A stretch of DNA of 64,000 nt from Chthoniobacteraceae bacterium (GTDB lineage Bacteria; Verrucomicrobiota; Verrucomicrobiia; Chthoniobacterales; Chthoniobacteraceae). The notes below the pieces were generated by a model. That model searched no databases. It was not told the DNA's origin and saw nothing but the letters and a program-made list of their open reading frames with translations. The position numbers were made by a program, and so were the translations under genes. Below, piece by piece: positions 19,766 to 28,848 of this stretch (position 1 is its first letter; each line of letters opens with the position of its first letter). Where the stretch lies: the NCBI GenBank assembly GCA_031409655.1, contig JANNXQ010000170.1:24499-88498 (forward strand), given 5' to 3'.

Positions 19766-20421
19766 TTCTTCAGGACGAGGGTGAAGTGCGGATACCACCA
19801 CATGCGCCGATGAGATTCGCTGACCACGCGGAAGCCGGTGGCGTGGGCCATTTCACGGAGCCGAGGCGCGGGGAGTTCGCAGCCAATCTCGCCAGCGAGG
19901 AGGAGGTCGTGGAGCTTGTTGCAAAGCGCCAGGGGGCTGGCGCCGTCGATGTCTTTCAAGATGAGTTGCGCGCCGACTTTCATGCTGGCGTGGAGGGCAG
20001 AGAGGAACGGGGCTTGAACGAGGGGTGGGATGTGATGGAGCACGTCCACGAGGAAGATTTTGTCGGCGGTCTGGAGGGTCTCCGGGAAGGTCGAGCCATC
20101 ATAGGTCGCGAACTCATGCGGCACTTTCAGATCGGCATTTTTGAAAAGCTGATGGGCGTTCTTGACCAACTGCTCACTGATCTCGATGCCGCCGATCCAG
20201 GACGGGCGCGTGTAGCGGGCGAGCAGGAGACAAAATTGACCCGAGCCGGAGCCGACATCGAAGACCCGGTCGCCTGCCTTGACCAAACCCAAGAGATCGC
20301 CGAACGGACAGATGTAAGGTCGATAAGTGATCTTTGCGCGACCGAGGAATCCGGCTTCGCTCGGGACGCTCTTGAGGAACTCAACGAGTCCGTTGGCAGT
20401 GAGGCTTTCCACGTTGAACAC
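19762..20421 (-). CDS. class I SAM-dependent methyltransferase
   Basis: Motif I VFDVGSGSGQFCLLLA. 219 aa. Confidence 0.75.
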   Translation of the reverse strand: MFNVESLTANGLVEFLKSVPSEAGFLGRAKITYRPYICPFGDLLGLVKAGDRVFDVGSGSGQFCLLLARYTRPSWIGGIEISEQLVKNAHQLFKNADLKVPHEFATYDGSTFPETLQTADKIFLVDVLHHIPPLVQAPFLSALHASMKVGAQLILKDIDGASPLALCNKLHDLLLAGEIGCELPAPRLREMAHATGFRVVSESHRRMWWYPHFTLVLKK

Positions 20422-20424
20422 GCT

Positions 20425-21894
20425 TTAGATGGAGGCGGCGACGACGATCAAGGTGGCGACACCGACGATGAGGCTGACGCGATCGCTGGTGGCGAAGATC
20501 ACGGGATCATCGAGTAAAGTGCGGCGCCGGGCGAGGAACCACATGCGCGTGATCCAGTAGAGGAAGAGCGGACAAAGCGTCCAGAGGAACATGGGATGGC
20601 GGTAGATGCCGACGACCGCGGTGCTATTCAGGTAAAGGCAGAGCACCATGACGGCGAGGTAGCCGCTGGTGGGGCCGACGGTTTCGATGAGGCCGATGTC
20701 TTCGGTGAGATAACCGCGGCCGGTGGCCTGGCGGTGATTGCGATCCGAGACCATGAGTAACTCGGCGTAACGCTTGAGGTAAGCTAGGCTGAGGAAGAAG
20801 AAGAGTGCGAAGGCGAGGAGCCACGGTGAGATTTCGACATTCGTCGCAGCGCCGCCAGCGATGATGCGCAAGGTGTAAAGTCCCGCGAGAACGAACACAT
20901 CCTGTAACAGGCGACGTTTGACAAAAAACGAGTAGGCAGAGGAGAGCAGGAAATACAGGCCGAGCAGGAGCGTGAAGCGGACGGGCAGCAAAAGGGCCGA
21001 GGCCGCGAAGGCCCCGCCGAGCAAGGCAATGGCCAGGACGATGCCGACAGGGATGGAGACATGGCCGGCGGCGAAAGGGCGGTGGCGTTTGCGGGGGTGT
21101 TGGCGATCGGCCTCGAGATCGAGGAGGTCATTGACGATATAGACGGACGAGGCGCAGGCGCTGAAGCAGGCGATGGCGAGGAGGGCCTGGAGGACCAGCG
21201 CGGCGTCGCCGAACTTGTGGGCGGCGAAGACGGGGACGAGGAGCAGGATGTTTTTCACCCACTGCTGCGGGCGGAGGGCTTTGAGCATCCCGCCCGCACC
21301 GCTGTTTTCCTTTTCAAAGACGCGGCGCGGTTGGCAGACGTGCTCGGCCTGGCGGATGAGCGCGGAATCCTGGGAGACGACGTAGGCATCTTCCGCTTTC
21401 GCCCAGACTGGCAGATCGACGCTCGAGTCGCCGACGTAGCCGAAGGGTTCGCCTGCGCAGGACTCGACGATGGCTTCGAGTTTCCGTTGGCCGGCGAGGT
21501 TGCGTTCTCCGTCGCTGGCCAGCGTTTCGTCGAAGATGCCGAGATGGTCGGCGACGCTCGCGGCGACGCGTTCGTCGGCAGCGGTCGCGAGGATGAGGCG
21601 CCGGCCGTCGCGCTTTTCGGAGCGGAGGAAGGCGAGCACTTCCTCCCGATACGGGAGGGTCGCGGGATCAGGCAGGCAGCGCGCGGCGAGCTGGCGTTTG
21701 AGATTGGGCCGGCCACCGAGCAGCCAGACCGGGATGCGCCAGGCTTCGAGCGGATGTCTCGAGGTGAAGAGCATGGCGGTCTCCCAGAGGAGATCCGTGG
21801 CGACGAGAGTGCCGTCCATGTCCACGAAGAGCGGGCCTTTGGCGCGCGGCTCGGTCGGTAAAGGGGCCACGACGGCCTGGTCTTCGCGGTTCAT
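20425..21894 (-). CDS. HAD phosphatase - UbiA prenyltransferase fusion (decaprenyl-phosphate phosphoribosyltransferase-like)
   Basis: N-terminal HAD motif LFVDMDGTLVATD. The C-terminal polytopic domain carries VNDLLDLEADRQHPRKRHRPFAAG (NDxxDxxxD...HPxKxxRP), as in DPPR-synthase-type UbiA enzymes. Trimmed to ATG 21894 (ATGA overlap). Confidence 0.75.
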   Translation of the reverse strand: MNREDQAVVAPLPTEPRAKGPLFVDMDGTLVATDLLWETAMLFTSRHPLEAWRIPVWLLGGRPNLKRQLAARCLPDPATLPYREEVLAFLRSEKRDGRRLILATAADERVAASVADHLGIFDETLASDGERNLAGQRKLEAIVESCAGEPFGYVGDSSVDLPVWAKAEDAYVVSQDSALIRQAEHVCQPRRVFEKENSGAGGMLKALRPQQWVKNILLLVPVFAAHKFGDAALVLQALLAIACFSACASSVYIVNDLLDLEADRQHPRKRHRPFAAGHVSIPVGIVLAIALLGGAFAASALLLPVRFTLLLGLYFLLSSAYSFFVKRRLLQDVFVLAGLYTLRIIAGGAATNVEISPWLLAFALFFFLSLAYLKRYAELLMVSDRNHRQATGRGYLTEDIGLIETVGPTSGYLAVMVLCLYLNSTAVVGIYRHPMFLWTLCPLFLYWITRMWFLARRRTLLDDPVIFATSDRVSLIVGVATLIVVAASI

Positions 21895-23084
21895 TGGAGG
21901 ACCGTTTGTTTCTCGCTGCGCGCGGCCTTTGGCTCGCTCGTGAGGCGGCTCACGCGGGCCCACGTTTCGTCCCAGGTGAACTTTTCCGCACGCGCGCGGG
22001 CGAGCCGACCGTAGTCGGCACGGAGCCCGGGATCGGCGAGGAGGCGGGCGAGATGGGCGGTGAGGCCGTCCACGTCGTCGCGTTCAAAGAGCAGGCCGGA
22101 GTCGCCGACGACTTCGGCGGTGCCGCCGGTGCGTGAGGCGACGAGCGCGAGTCCGGTCGCCATGCCTTCGACGGTCGTGAGGCCGAAGGGTTCGTCCCAG
22201 CGCGAAGGCACCACGTGGATCTGCGCTTTGCGCAGTTCACCGGGCAGGTCCGGGCGGGCGATCACTCCGGGGCGGCGGACGGTGATGCCGAGGGCGGCGA
22301 GTTGCGCGGAGAGATCGTCGAGCGCGCGTTGATAGTCGTCCGGTTCGGAGCCCCAGTAGAAGCGCGCACCGAGGATTTGCACGCTGAAGTCCTTGGTCGT
22401 CGCCGCGAGTTTGAGCGCAGCTTTTAGGATGAGATCGGGAGCTTTCGTTGCGTCGGTGCGGCCGACGAAATTGATCACGGGCGGACCCGGCGGCGGCTGT
22501 GCGGCGGGGGCGAAGCTCTCGATGTCCACGCCGTTGTAAATTGTCTCCACGCTTCCCGAGCGCATGCCGAAGTAGCCTTCCTGCCAGCGGCTCGTGAAGT
22601 CGCTCACACCAGCCGCGACGGACACGGCTTGCGGATAATCCTGGCGGCATTTTTCGCCGCAGGTGTTGGTGTTGTGGAAGAGGTGGACGATCCGGGCTTG
22701 CGGGAAACAGCGGCGCAGATGTACGGCCATTTCGGGATCATTGTGCAGGACGAAGGGCATCTCGGTGAGGCCGTTCTTGCGGATGGCGCTGATGACTCGC
22801 CGGGCGTAGGCGCCCTGGCGGACGTGACCCCAGTGGCCGAGTTTCCGCTGGATTTCAAAAAGCCGCCCGAGGCCAGTGCCGCGGATCTGCGGGATCCACG
22901 GATAATCGAGCAGGATGGTGCGCTGCCACGGATGCGGTTCGGCATTCGTCGTCCGGGAAATGACCCACGGCTCGACGCCCTGCCTTTGGGCTGCCCGACA
23001 GACCTCCCAATTCCAAGTGCTGATCGCCCCGCTGCGCGTCGGCGTGAAAGTCTCGCCGGTGCAATTGATGAAGACGACGCTCAT
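21891..23084 (-). CDS. glycosyltransferase family 4
   Basis: MSVVFINCTGETFTPTRSGAIST N-terminus and EPFGLTTVEGMATGLALVASRTGGTAEVV. Confidence 0.85.
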   Translation of the reverse strand: MSVVFINCTGETFTPTRSGAISTWNWEVCRAAQRQGVEPWVISRTTNAEPHPWQRTILLDYPWIPQIRGTGLGRLFEIQRKLGHWGHVRQGAYARRVISAIRKNGLTEMPFVLHNDPEMAVHLRRCFPQARIVHLFHNTNTCGEKCRQDYPQAVSVAAGVSDFTSRWQEGYFGMRSGSVETIYNGVDIESFAPAAQPPPGPPVINFVGRTDATKAPDLILKAALKLAATTKDFSVQILGARFYWGSEPDDYQRALDDLSAQLAALGITVRRPGVIARPDLPGELRKAQIHVVPSRWDEPFGLTTVEGMATGLALVASRTGGTAEVVGDSGLLFERDDVDGLTAHLARLLADPGLRADYGRLARARAEKFTWDETWARVSRLTSEPKAARSEKQTVLQ

Positions 23085-24262
23085 GCGGCGGGTTGGAGTT
23101 CCCGGTGCGGGATCGGCAGGGCGGCGGCGGCGTGAAATCCGCGCCAGGTTTCGTCCCAGGTGAATTGCTCGGCGCGGGCGCGGGCTTTCCGGGAATAGTC
23201 AGCGCGCAGGGTGGCGTCGGAGATCAGTCGCGCGAGAATTTCCGCGAGGCCTTCCACGGAGTCGCGTTCGAAAAGCAGGCCAGCAGTGCCGACCACTTCC
23301 GGGGCGCCGCCGGTTCGCGAAACGACGGTGGCGAGTCCGCAAGCCATGCCTTCGAGGATCGTCAGGGCGAAGGGCTCATCCCAGCGCGAAGGGACGACGT
23401 GGAGGTGCGCTTTGCGCAGCTCGGACGGAAGTGCGGTGCGCGAGATGTGGCCGGGGCAGCGCACCGGGATGCCGGCGTTCTGGAGTTGGTCCACGAGGGC
23501 CTGGAGCTGCTGCTGGTAGGCATCGAGCTCGAATTTGTGCCAGTGATTCGAGCCGAGGATTTGGACTCCGAATTTCAGTCCCTTCTGGGCAAGGAGCACG
23601 GCGGCCTTGAGGAGAAGATCCGGTGCTTTTTCGATGCCGGTGCGGCCGAGGAAGTTGATCACCGGCACGCCATCGGTCGCGCTTTCAGCGGGTGCGAAAT
23701 GCGCGCTGTCCACGCCGTTAAAGATGGTGCGCACGCTCTCCGGCGGGAGGCCGTAGCACTGCTCGATCCAGCGCCCGGTGAAGTCGCTCACGGCAGTGAC
23801 GACATTCGCTGCTGCGGGAAAGCTGCGGCGGAAGTTTGGCGCGGAGTCGATCTGATTATGGAAGTGATGGACGATGAAGGCGCGCGGAAATTTTCGGCGC
23901 AGGAGCACCGCCATCTCGGGGTCGTTGTGGAGGATGAAGGGTTGCGTTTCGAGACCGCCATCATGGATGGCGGCGGCGACTTTTTCCGCATATGCCTGCT
24001 GCCCGAGATGCCGCCAGCCGGTGAGCTTGCGCTGGAGGCGGAGGAGCTTGAAGGCGGCGCCTTTCTCCGGGACTTTCGGGTAGTCGAGCAGGATGAGTTT
24101 CACTCCGGGAAATGGCGCGGCTGCGCAGCGGATCGAGATCACGGTGGGCTCGGCGCCGTGGCGCTGGGCGGCGTGGTAGGTTTCGCAGACGTGTGTGGCG
24201 ATGGCCCCGCTCCGCGTCGGCGTGAAGGTTTCGAGCGACTGATTGATGAAGACCACGCTCAT
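23081..24262 (-). CDS. glycosyltransferase family 4 (tandem paralogue of 21891..23084)
   Basis: ORF 23081..24358 trimmed to Met33 (MSVVFINQSLETFTPTRSGAIAT), which is in an ATGA overlap. Signature EPFALTILEGMACGLATVVSRTGGAPEVV. Confidence 0.85.
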   Translation of the reverse strand: MSVVFINQSLETFTPTRSGAIATHVCETYHAAQRHGAEPTVISIRCAAAPFPGVKLILLDYPKVPEKGAAFKLLRLQRKLTGWRHLGQQAYAEKVAAAIHDGGLETQPFILHNDPEMAVLLRRKFPRAFIVHHFHNQIDSAPNFRRSFPAAANVVTAVSDFTGRWIEQCYGLPPESVRTIFNGVDSAHFAPAESATDGVPVINFLGRTGIEKAPDLLLKAAVLLAQKGLKFGVQILGSNHWHKFELDAYQQQLQALVDQLQNAGIPVRCPGHISRTALPSELRKAHLHVVPSRWDEPFALTILEGMACGLATVVSRTGGAPEVVGTAGLLFERDSVEGLAEILARLISDATLRADYSRKARARAEQFTWDETWRGFHAAAALPIPHRELQPAA

Positions 24263-25257
24263 GGGGTGGGCTCCGCGGTTTTCACCGTGGCGGATCGGTA
24301 GGGGCCGTAACGTCCGGAGAGATGATCGAAGACGGCGTGAAAAACTGAACGGAAACATTCAAGCCGGATGCCGGGCTCGGAGCGGGCGCGCAGGGAGCGC
24401 CAGAGATAAGTGGCGATGAGCTGCGGGCCAGAGCGGAAGTAAGCGAGACCGCTATGCTTGCGCAGCAGGAGCAGGGTATTGCGGACGGTGTAGTAGAAGT
24501 GGATGCCCGACATCCGCAGGCCAGAGCGGCCACCTTTGTGGTAGATGCGTGCGGCGGGGACGGCCATGACGCGGAGTCCGGATTTGCGCACGCGCACGCA
24601 GAGGTCCACGTCTTCGGAGCTCAAGTAGTAGCGGTCGTCGAAGCCCCCGAGTTCCTGCATGAGCTTGGTGCCGATGAGCATCGCGCAACCGGTCGCCCAA
24701 GGGAGTTCGTAGGGGATTTCGGTCGGCTCGGGCACATGGGAATTGTCGTGCCAGGCGGCACCGCGCTTGATGTCCATCTTCGAACCGGCGAACCAGATCG
24801 GCCGCGGCGGGTAGTATTCGAAAATGATCGGCGCGAGCAGTCCGGCGGTGGGCTGCGACTCGGCGGCGGCGACCAGGGCTTCGAGGGCGTCGGGTTCCAC
24901 GGTGGTGTCGTTGTTCAGCAGGTAAACGTAGTCCGCACCGAGCTTGATGGCGTGCTGGATGCCGACGTTGTTCCCGCCGGTGAAGCCAAGATTCTTTCCG
25001 GTCTTGAGGACGATCGTGTTGGGAAAGGCGCGCGCGATTTCGTCGCTCGAGCCATCGGTGGAGCCATTGTCCACGACGATGATTTTGCGGTTTGGGTAAC
25101 TGTCGTGGCTCAGCGAATCGAGGCACTCGAGGGTGTCTGCTTTGCCGTTCCAGACGACGATGACGATCGCGACCGAGGGGGGCACGGGTTTCGTATCCGG
25201 CCCGACCGCGGAGTAACTCGTGGGCGAAGCGATCGACTTAGCGGTGATCTTGCTCAT
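24259..25257 (-). CDS. glycosyltransferase family 2
   Basis: VAIVIVVWNGKADTLECL, IIVVDNGSTDGS and YLLNNDT. Confidence 0.85.
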   Translation of the reverse strand: MSKITAKSIASPTSYSAVGPDTKPVPPSVAIVIVVWNGKADTLECLDSLSHDSYPNRKIIVVDNGSTDGSSDEIARAFPNTIVLKTGKNLGFTGGNNVGIQHAIKLGADYVYLLNNDTTVEPDALEALVAAAESQPTAGLLAPIIFEYYPPRPIWFAGSKMDIKRGAAWHDNSHVPEPTEIPYELPWATGCAMLIGTKLMQELGGFDDRYYLSSEDVDLCVRVRKSGLRVMAVPAARIYHKGGRSGLRMSGIHFYYTVRNTLLLLRKHSGLAYFRSGPQLIATYLWRSLRARSEPGIRLECFRSVFHAVFDHLSGRYGPYRSATVKTAEPTP

Positions 25258-25306
25258 TACTCAAACACCGCGGCCGTGGAGGCGCGGGCGGGGAAAGGCG
25301 GCGCGT

Positions 25307-26104
25307 CTAAAAGAACGCCAGGAAGCTCGAGAGCATCCGGCCTAGCCGACGCTTAATTTTCCCGAACGTCGTGATCGCCCGGTTACTTTCGAGGCTTTTG
25401 GCCACGAGGAGCAGGCCTTCCGTTGATTTGCGGCTCTCGCTCACCACGATGGAGTCCAGGTTGGCAAATTTCCCGACGTTCGGGATGCGGTTCAAGGTCG
25501 CGCGGATGTCTTTCAAAAGGCTGCCGTTGGTCGCATTCATCGGCAGTTCTGTGGCGATAAAGCCGAGGTTGAGCGCGTGCTTTTCGCCGGGGTAGGCGTA
25601 GTTGAAAATGATCGATTGGAAGCCACACTCGGCGAGCAGTTCGCGCAGGTAACTGGCGTCGAAGAGGGATTTGTGAAGTTGCGGAATCCATCCCTTGGGC
25701 GCTTTGCCGTTCGTGGCCCGCCAGACCGGCCACACTGGCTGGGTCGCATGCTCGGGTTCGCCATGCGTGTAGCGGTACACGTTGTGGAGATCGAAGCGTT
25801 CGCCCATGACGCCGGAAGCCCCATTCAAGTAAAGACGCGCGATCGCCTCGAAGTCCGGGATGGCGAGCATGATCAGCAATCCATCGCGGGCGATCACCCG
25901 TTTCCACTCGCGCAGGGCGGCGAGTTGGTGGCCGAGGAAGAAGTGTTCGAAAACAGCGTGGCCGAAGAGGATCTCCACCTCGCCGGTCTTGATCGTGTCC
26001 AGCTCGCAGGCATCGGCGACGATATCGACTCCCGGGACATCGCGGATGTCCACATTCTTGAAGCCCTCGATCAGCACACCGCCTGCGCCTACTTGGATGT
26101 TCAT
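25307..26104 (-). CDS. SAM-dependent methyltransferase (type 11-like)
   Basis: [20 protein letters not shown]...FGHAVFEHF...[10 protein letters not shown] has the layout of Methyltransf_11-like proteins. This is a weaker motif match than the other methyltransferases. Confidence 0.6.
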   Translation of the reverse strand: MNIQVGAGGVLIEGFKNVDIRDVPGVDIVADACELDTIKTGEVEILFGHAVFEHFFLGHQLAALREWKRVIARDGLLIMLAIPDFEAIARLYLNGASGVMGERFDLHNVYRYTHGEPEHATQPVWPVWRATNGKAPKGWIPQLHKSLFDASYLRELLAECGFQSIIFNYAYPGEKHALNLGFIATELPMNATNGSLLKDIRATLNRIPNVGKFANLDSIVVSESRKSTEGLLLVAKSLESNRAITTFGKIKRRLGRMLSSFLAFF

Positions 26105-26772
26105 TGGAATTTCTTCGCGTAACCTAGTTTGTAGCGGAGGTCGTGCGAACGCTCGCGGATCACTTTCGCCGGGACTCCTCCGACGAGCATGTAGGGAGCC
26201 ACGTCCTTTGTCACTACCGCACCTGAGGCCACTACGGCACCCGTGCCGATGCGCACTCCGGGCATAATCGTCACGCGCGTACCGATATACGCATAATCCT
26301 CGATGGTCACGGGTCCGCCGGTTTCGGCAAAGAAGGGATCGTCGATGTCATGTTCGCGGGTGTAAATGCGGACTTCGGCGGCGATATTGACGCAGGCGCC
26401 GATGGTGATGGTGTCGCGGGCATCGTAGAAGCCGTCGTTGCCGAGGGTGCAGTGTTCGCCGATCGAGAGGCCTTCGGGTTTGAAAAAGCGGGCGTGCCAG
26501 TGGAGGGAGCTGGTCGGCGCGAGGCGCAGGCCGGCGCGGCGGTAGAAGAAATTGCGAATCCGGTGCGAGGGTACGTAGCCGAGCATGGTCAGCCAGTAGA
26601 GCCGGAGATCCTGGTAGATGTTGTTATAATACCACCGGCGCGCCTTGCGCAGCGGGGTGATCTTTTTCCCGAAGCGGACCCAGGCGGACTCGGGCGGCGG
26701 TTCGGACACGGCTTCAGGATTCACGGAGAGCGAGGGTCGCGGGCCGCAAGGCAGGCCAGAGGCCGCGGGCAA
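26101..26772 (-). CDS. hexapeptide-repeat (LbH) O-acetyltransferase
   Basis: [29 protein letters not shown] hexapeptide repeats. The start is uncertain (ATG 26772 or GTG 26724), and both overlap the upstream gene end at 26714. Confidence 0.8.
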   Translation of the reverse strand: MPAASGLPCGPRPSLSVNPEAVSEPPPESAWVRFGKKITPLRKARRWYYNNIYQDLRLYWLTMLGYVPSHRIRNFFYRRAGLRLAPTSSLHWHARFFKPEGLSIGEHCTLGNDGFYDARDTITIGACVNIAAEVRIYTREHDIDDPFFAETGGPVTIEDYAYIGTRVTIMPGVRIGTGAVVASGAVVTKDVAPYMLVGGVPAKVIRERSHDLRYKLGYAKKFQ

Positions 26773-27568
26773 AGGGATGGAAGTCGCGGAGCCAGCGCCA
26801 GACGAGCGGGGCGCTTTTCCAGGTCACATGATAGAAGCGCCACGAACGCCAGCCTTCATAGTGGCCCCAGGAGGCGATCTTCGAGCGGATCTCGGCGGGC
26901 GTGCGGACCCAGGAGAAATGCACGATGGCTTCGTCCTCGGCGCAGAATTCGAGGCGCTGTTCCCCGGGCTCGTTTGGCCGGCTGACTTGCAGGCTCTTTT
27001 TGTCGCCGCAGACGACGGCGCGGAGGAAAGGGCCGCCCGTCCGTCGCGCGCTGTCGAGCTTGGTGCCGGGCCGGATGGCGATCGGACCGGGATATTCGTA
27101 GTGGCCGCCGGTTTCGCGCTGGCAGACTTCGAGGAAGCGGCCATCGGGCAGGCGCTGAAAAAAGACGCGCATCGGCCACTCGACGGCGGGGATGCCTTCG
27201 CGGCCGGCGTGTTCGAGCAGTTCGATGAGGCGCGCGGGTTTCGGGAGAAGCTCGTCGGTGTCGAGTTGCAGGACCCAATCCGCGTCCTGGCCGGCCTCGG
27301 CGATGGCGCACTGGCGCTGGTGGGTCTCGCCTTTGAGCGGCTGATTGTCGTGCCGGACGTAATCGCCGGGGCAGAGGCGCATCTTTTTGTCGCGGTCGAT
27401 CGCCGCGAGCCGGCGCAGACATTCCTCCACATTGATCGGCGCGCCGGTCCAGCCGCGGTGATTCTGGTCGTATGACACGATGATCTCTTCGACGGCATCG
27501 TAGTAGGAAAGGACGCCTTCTTCGATCCAGGCGGGGTCGGCGGCGAGGACGTAGGCTTTCAGTCTCAT
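26714..27568 (-). CDS. GT-A-fold (GT2-like) protein candidate
   Basis: ORF 26714..28006 trimmed to ATG 27568 ([12 protein letters not shown]; ATGA overlap). [14 protein letters not shown] looks like a GT2 DxD region. No other strong motif was seen. Confidence 0.4.
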   Translation of the reverse strand: MRLKAYVLAADPAWIEEGVLSYYDAVEEIIVSYDQNHRGWTGAPINVEECLRRLAAIDRDKKMRLCPGDYVRHDNQPLKGETHQRQCAIAEAGQDADWVLQLDTDELLPKPARLIELLEHAGREGIPAVEWPMRVFFQRLPDGRFLEVCQRETGGHYEYPGPIAIRPGTKLDSARRTGGPFLRAVVCGDKKSLQVSRPNEPGEQRLEFCAEDEAIVHFSWVRTPAEIRSKIASWGHYEGWRSWRFYHVTWKSAPLVWRWLRDFHPFARGLWPALRPATLALRES

Positions 27569-28725
27569 GGCAGGCTGGGCGCGGCGGCGGGAAGGTTGCG
27601 GACGCGGCGCGTGAGGAAGGGCTTCTCGCAGAGGTGATGGAAGCCGAGCGCCGCGAGCAGCGAGAGCGGGACACCGAGGCCGACCAGCACGAAAAGCGTC
27701 GGCAGCGACGGCCACTGGAGACTGCGCGTGACGACGTGGAGCGAGGCGAGCACCGGTGCGTGGATGAGATACAGACTGTAAGAGATCGCGCCGAGCCACA
27801 TGGTCGCTGGCGCTTCGAGGAAGCTGAGCACAGGACTGGCGGCCTTTTCCTCCCGCCGCGTGCAATGGGCTCCATAGATGAGCAGGGCCATCGTGGCGAA
27901 GCCAACGGTGAAATCCATGGCGATCCGATAAAGCACGAAGACCTCGTGGCGGAACTGCATCGCGAGCAGCAGCGGAATCCAGGCGACCGCGGCGATCGCG
28001 CCCCAAGGAATCCGCCGCGGCTCGTGCGTGGTGCCGATCACCGCACCCGCTGCGCCAATCGCGAAAAGGCCGAGGAAGTGGGGATAGGCGACGTCATATT
28101 TTCCGTGAAAGAGAAAGTGCGGCAGCAGACCGACGAGGCACGCGGCCGCCACGGCAACAGCGATGCCGAGGCGCCGCCAGAGCGGGAGGATGAGCAGCGG
28201 GAGGAAGAAGTAGATCTGCCATTCCGTGGCCACGCTCCAGAGCGGGTAGTTGATCTTCGACGACCAATCCGGGCTGACATTGTGGAAGACAAAAAGATGC
28301 GAAAGCAGCACATCCGGCGTGAAAGCCGGGAGCGCGGAGTCCCAGTAAACGTCGGCCTTTTTCCCCAGCGCGGGAACCAGGGCGATGAGGGCGAGGGACA
28401 GGAGCACGACGGCGAAGTAAGGCGGCAGGATGCGCCGGGCGCGGCGCGCGACGTAGCGGGCGATGCCGCCTTCGAGCTGACGCTGGGGATGGGTGGCGAC
28501 CGGGAGCATCAGGCAAAAGCCGGAGAGGACGATGAAGATGTCCACGCCCACGTTTCCGTGGAGGAGCCAGCGGAGGAGTTTTTCGAGCAAAGGCGGGAGG
28601 GTGTGCCGCCAGCCGAGAGTCGAGCAATCCGAGGTGCAGTAGGCGTGATAGAAGACGACATACAAGGCGGCGAGTCCGCGGACGCCATCGAGGAAGGGCA
28701 GGCGGAGTGCAGGGCGTGGAGTCAT
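27565..28725 (-). CDS. acyltransferase family 3 (OafA-type O-acyltransferase)
   Basis: LPFLDGVRGLAALYVVFYH N-terminal signature and about 10 TM segments. Confidence 0.8.
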   Translation of the reverse strand: MTPRPALRLPFLDGVRGLAALYVVFYHAYCTSDCSTLGWRHTLPPLLEKLLRWLLHGNVGVDIFIVLSGFCLMLPVATHPQRQLEGGIARYVARRARRILPPYFAVVLLSLALIALVPALGKKADVYWDSALPAFTPDVLLSHLFVFHNVSPDWSSKINYPLWSVATEWQIYFFLPLLILPLWRRLGIAVAVAAACLVGLLPHFLFHGKYDVAYPHFLGLFAIGAAGAVIGTTHEPRRIPWGAIAAVAWIPLLLAMQFRHEVFVLYRIAMDFTVGFATMALLIYGAHCTRREEKAASPVLSFLEAPATMWLGAISYSLYLIHAPVLASLHVVTRSLQWPSLPTLFVLVGLGVPLSLLAALGFHHLCEKPFLTRRVRNLPAAAPSLP

Positions 28726-28763
28726 CGCGGCCGCGCAGGCCAGGCGGGTGGATTGGTACTCAC

Positions 28764-28821
28764 CCTCATCCTCATCATCTTCATCCTCCCGCCGCTGATG
28801 ATGAAGATGAAGAGGATGAGG
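28764..28821. repeat. triplet-built imperfect palindrome (21 of 22 bp stem, 14-nt loop)
   Basis: 28764-28773 pairs with 28812-28821 and 28775-28785 (TCATCTTCATC) pairs with 28800-28810 (GATGAAGATGA). The only mismatch is 28774/28811. It lies in the 123-nt gap between two minus-strand genes. Confidence 0.7.
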
Positions 28822-28848
28822 ATGAGGATGAGCGTGCGGGACGTAGGC

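Noticed and set aside
17990-24301. Plus-strand ORFs 17990..18892, 19747..20517, 21061..21861 and 23093..24301, and the alternate-frame minus ORF 18240..19457
   Set aside because: All overlap motif-supported minus-strand genes (GT-C-like, methyltransferase, HAD-UbiA, GT4s), and their products are low-complexity G/R/E/A/P strings.
289-28006. Long N-terminal extensions in the ORF track (e.g. 289..1731, 1538..2830, 9392..10324, 10647..11780, 14777..16141, 18203..19801, 20425..21963, 23081..24358, 26714..28006)
   Set aside because: The extensions overlap the 3' end of the upstream gene, are Arg/Pro/Ser-rich, and precede a canonical family N-terminus that begins at a start codon in a 4-nt overlap or short gap. 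I trimmed the starts accordingly.
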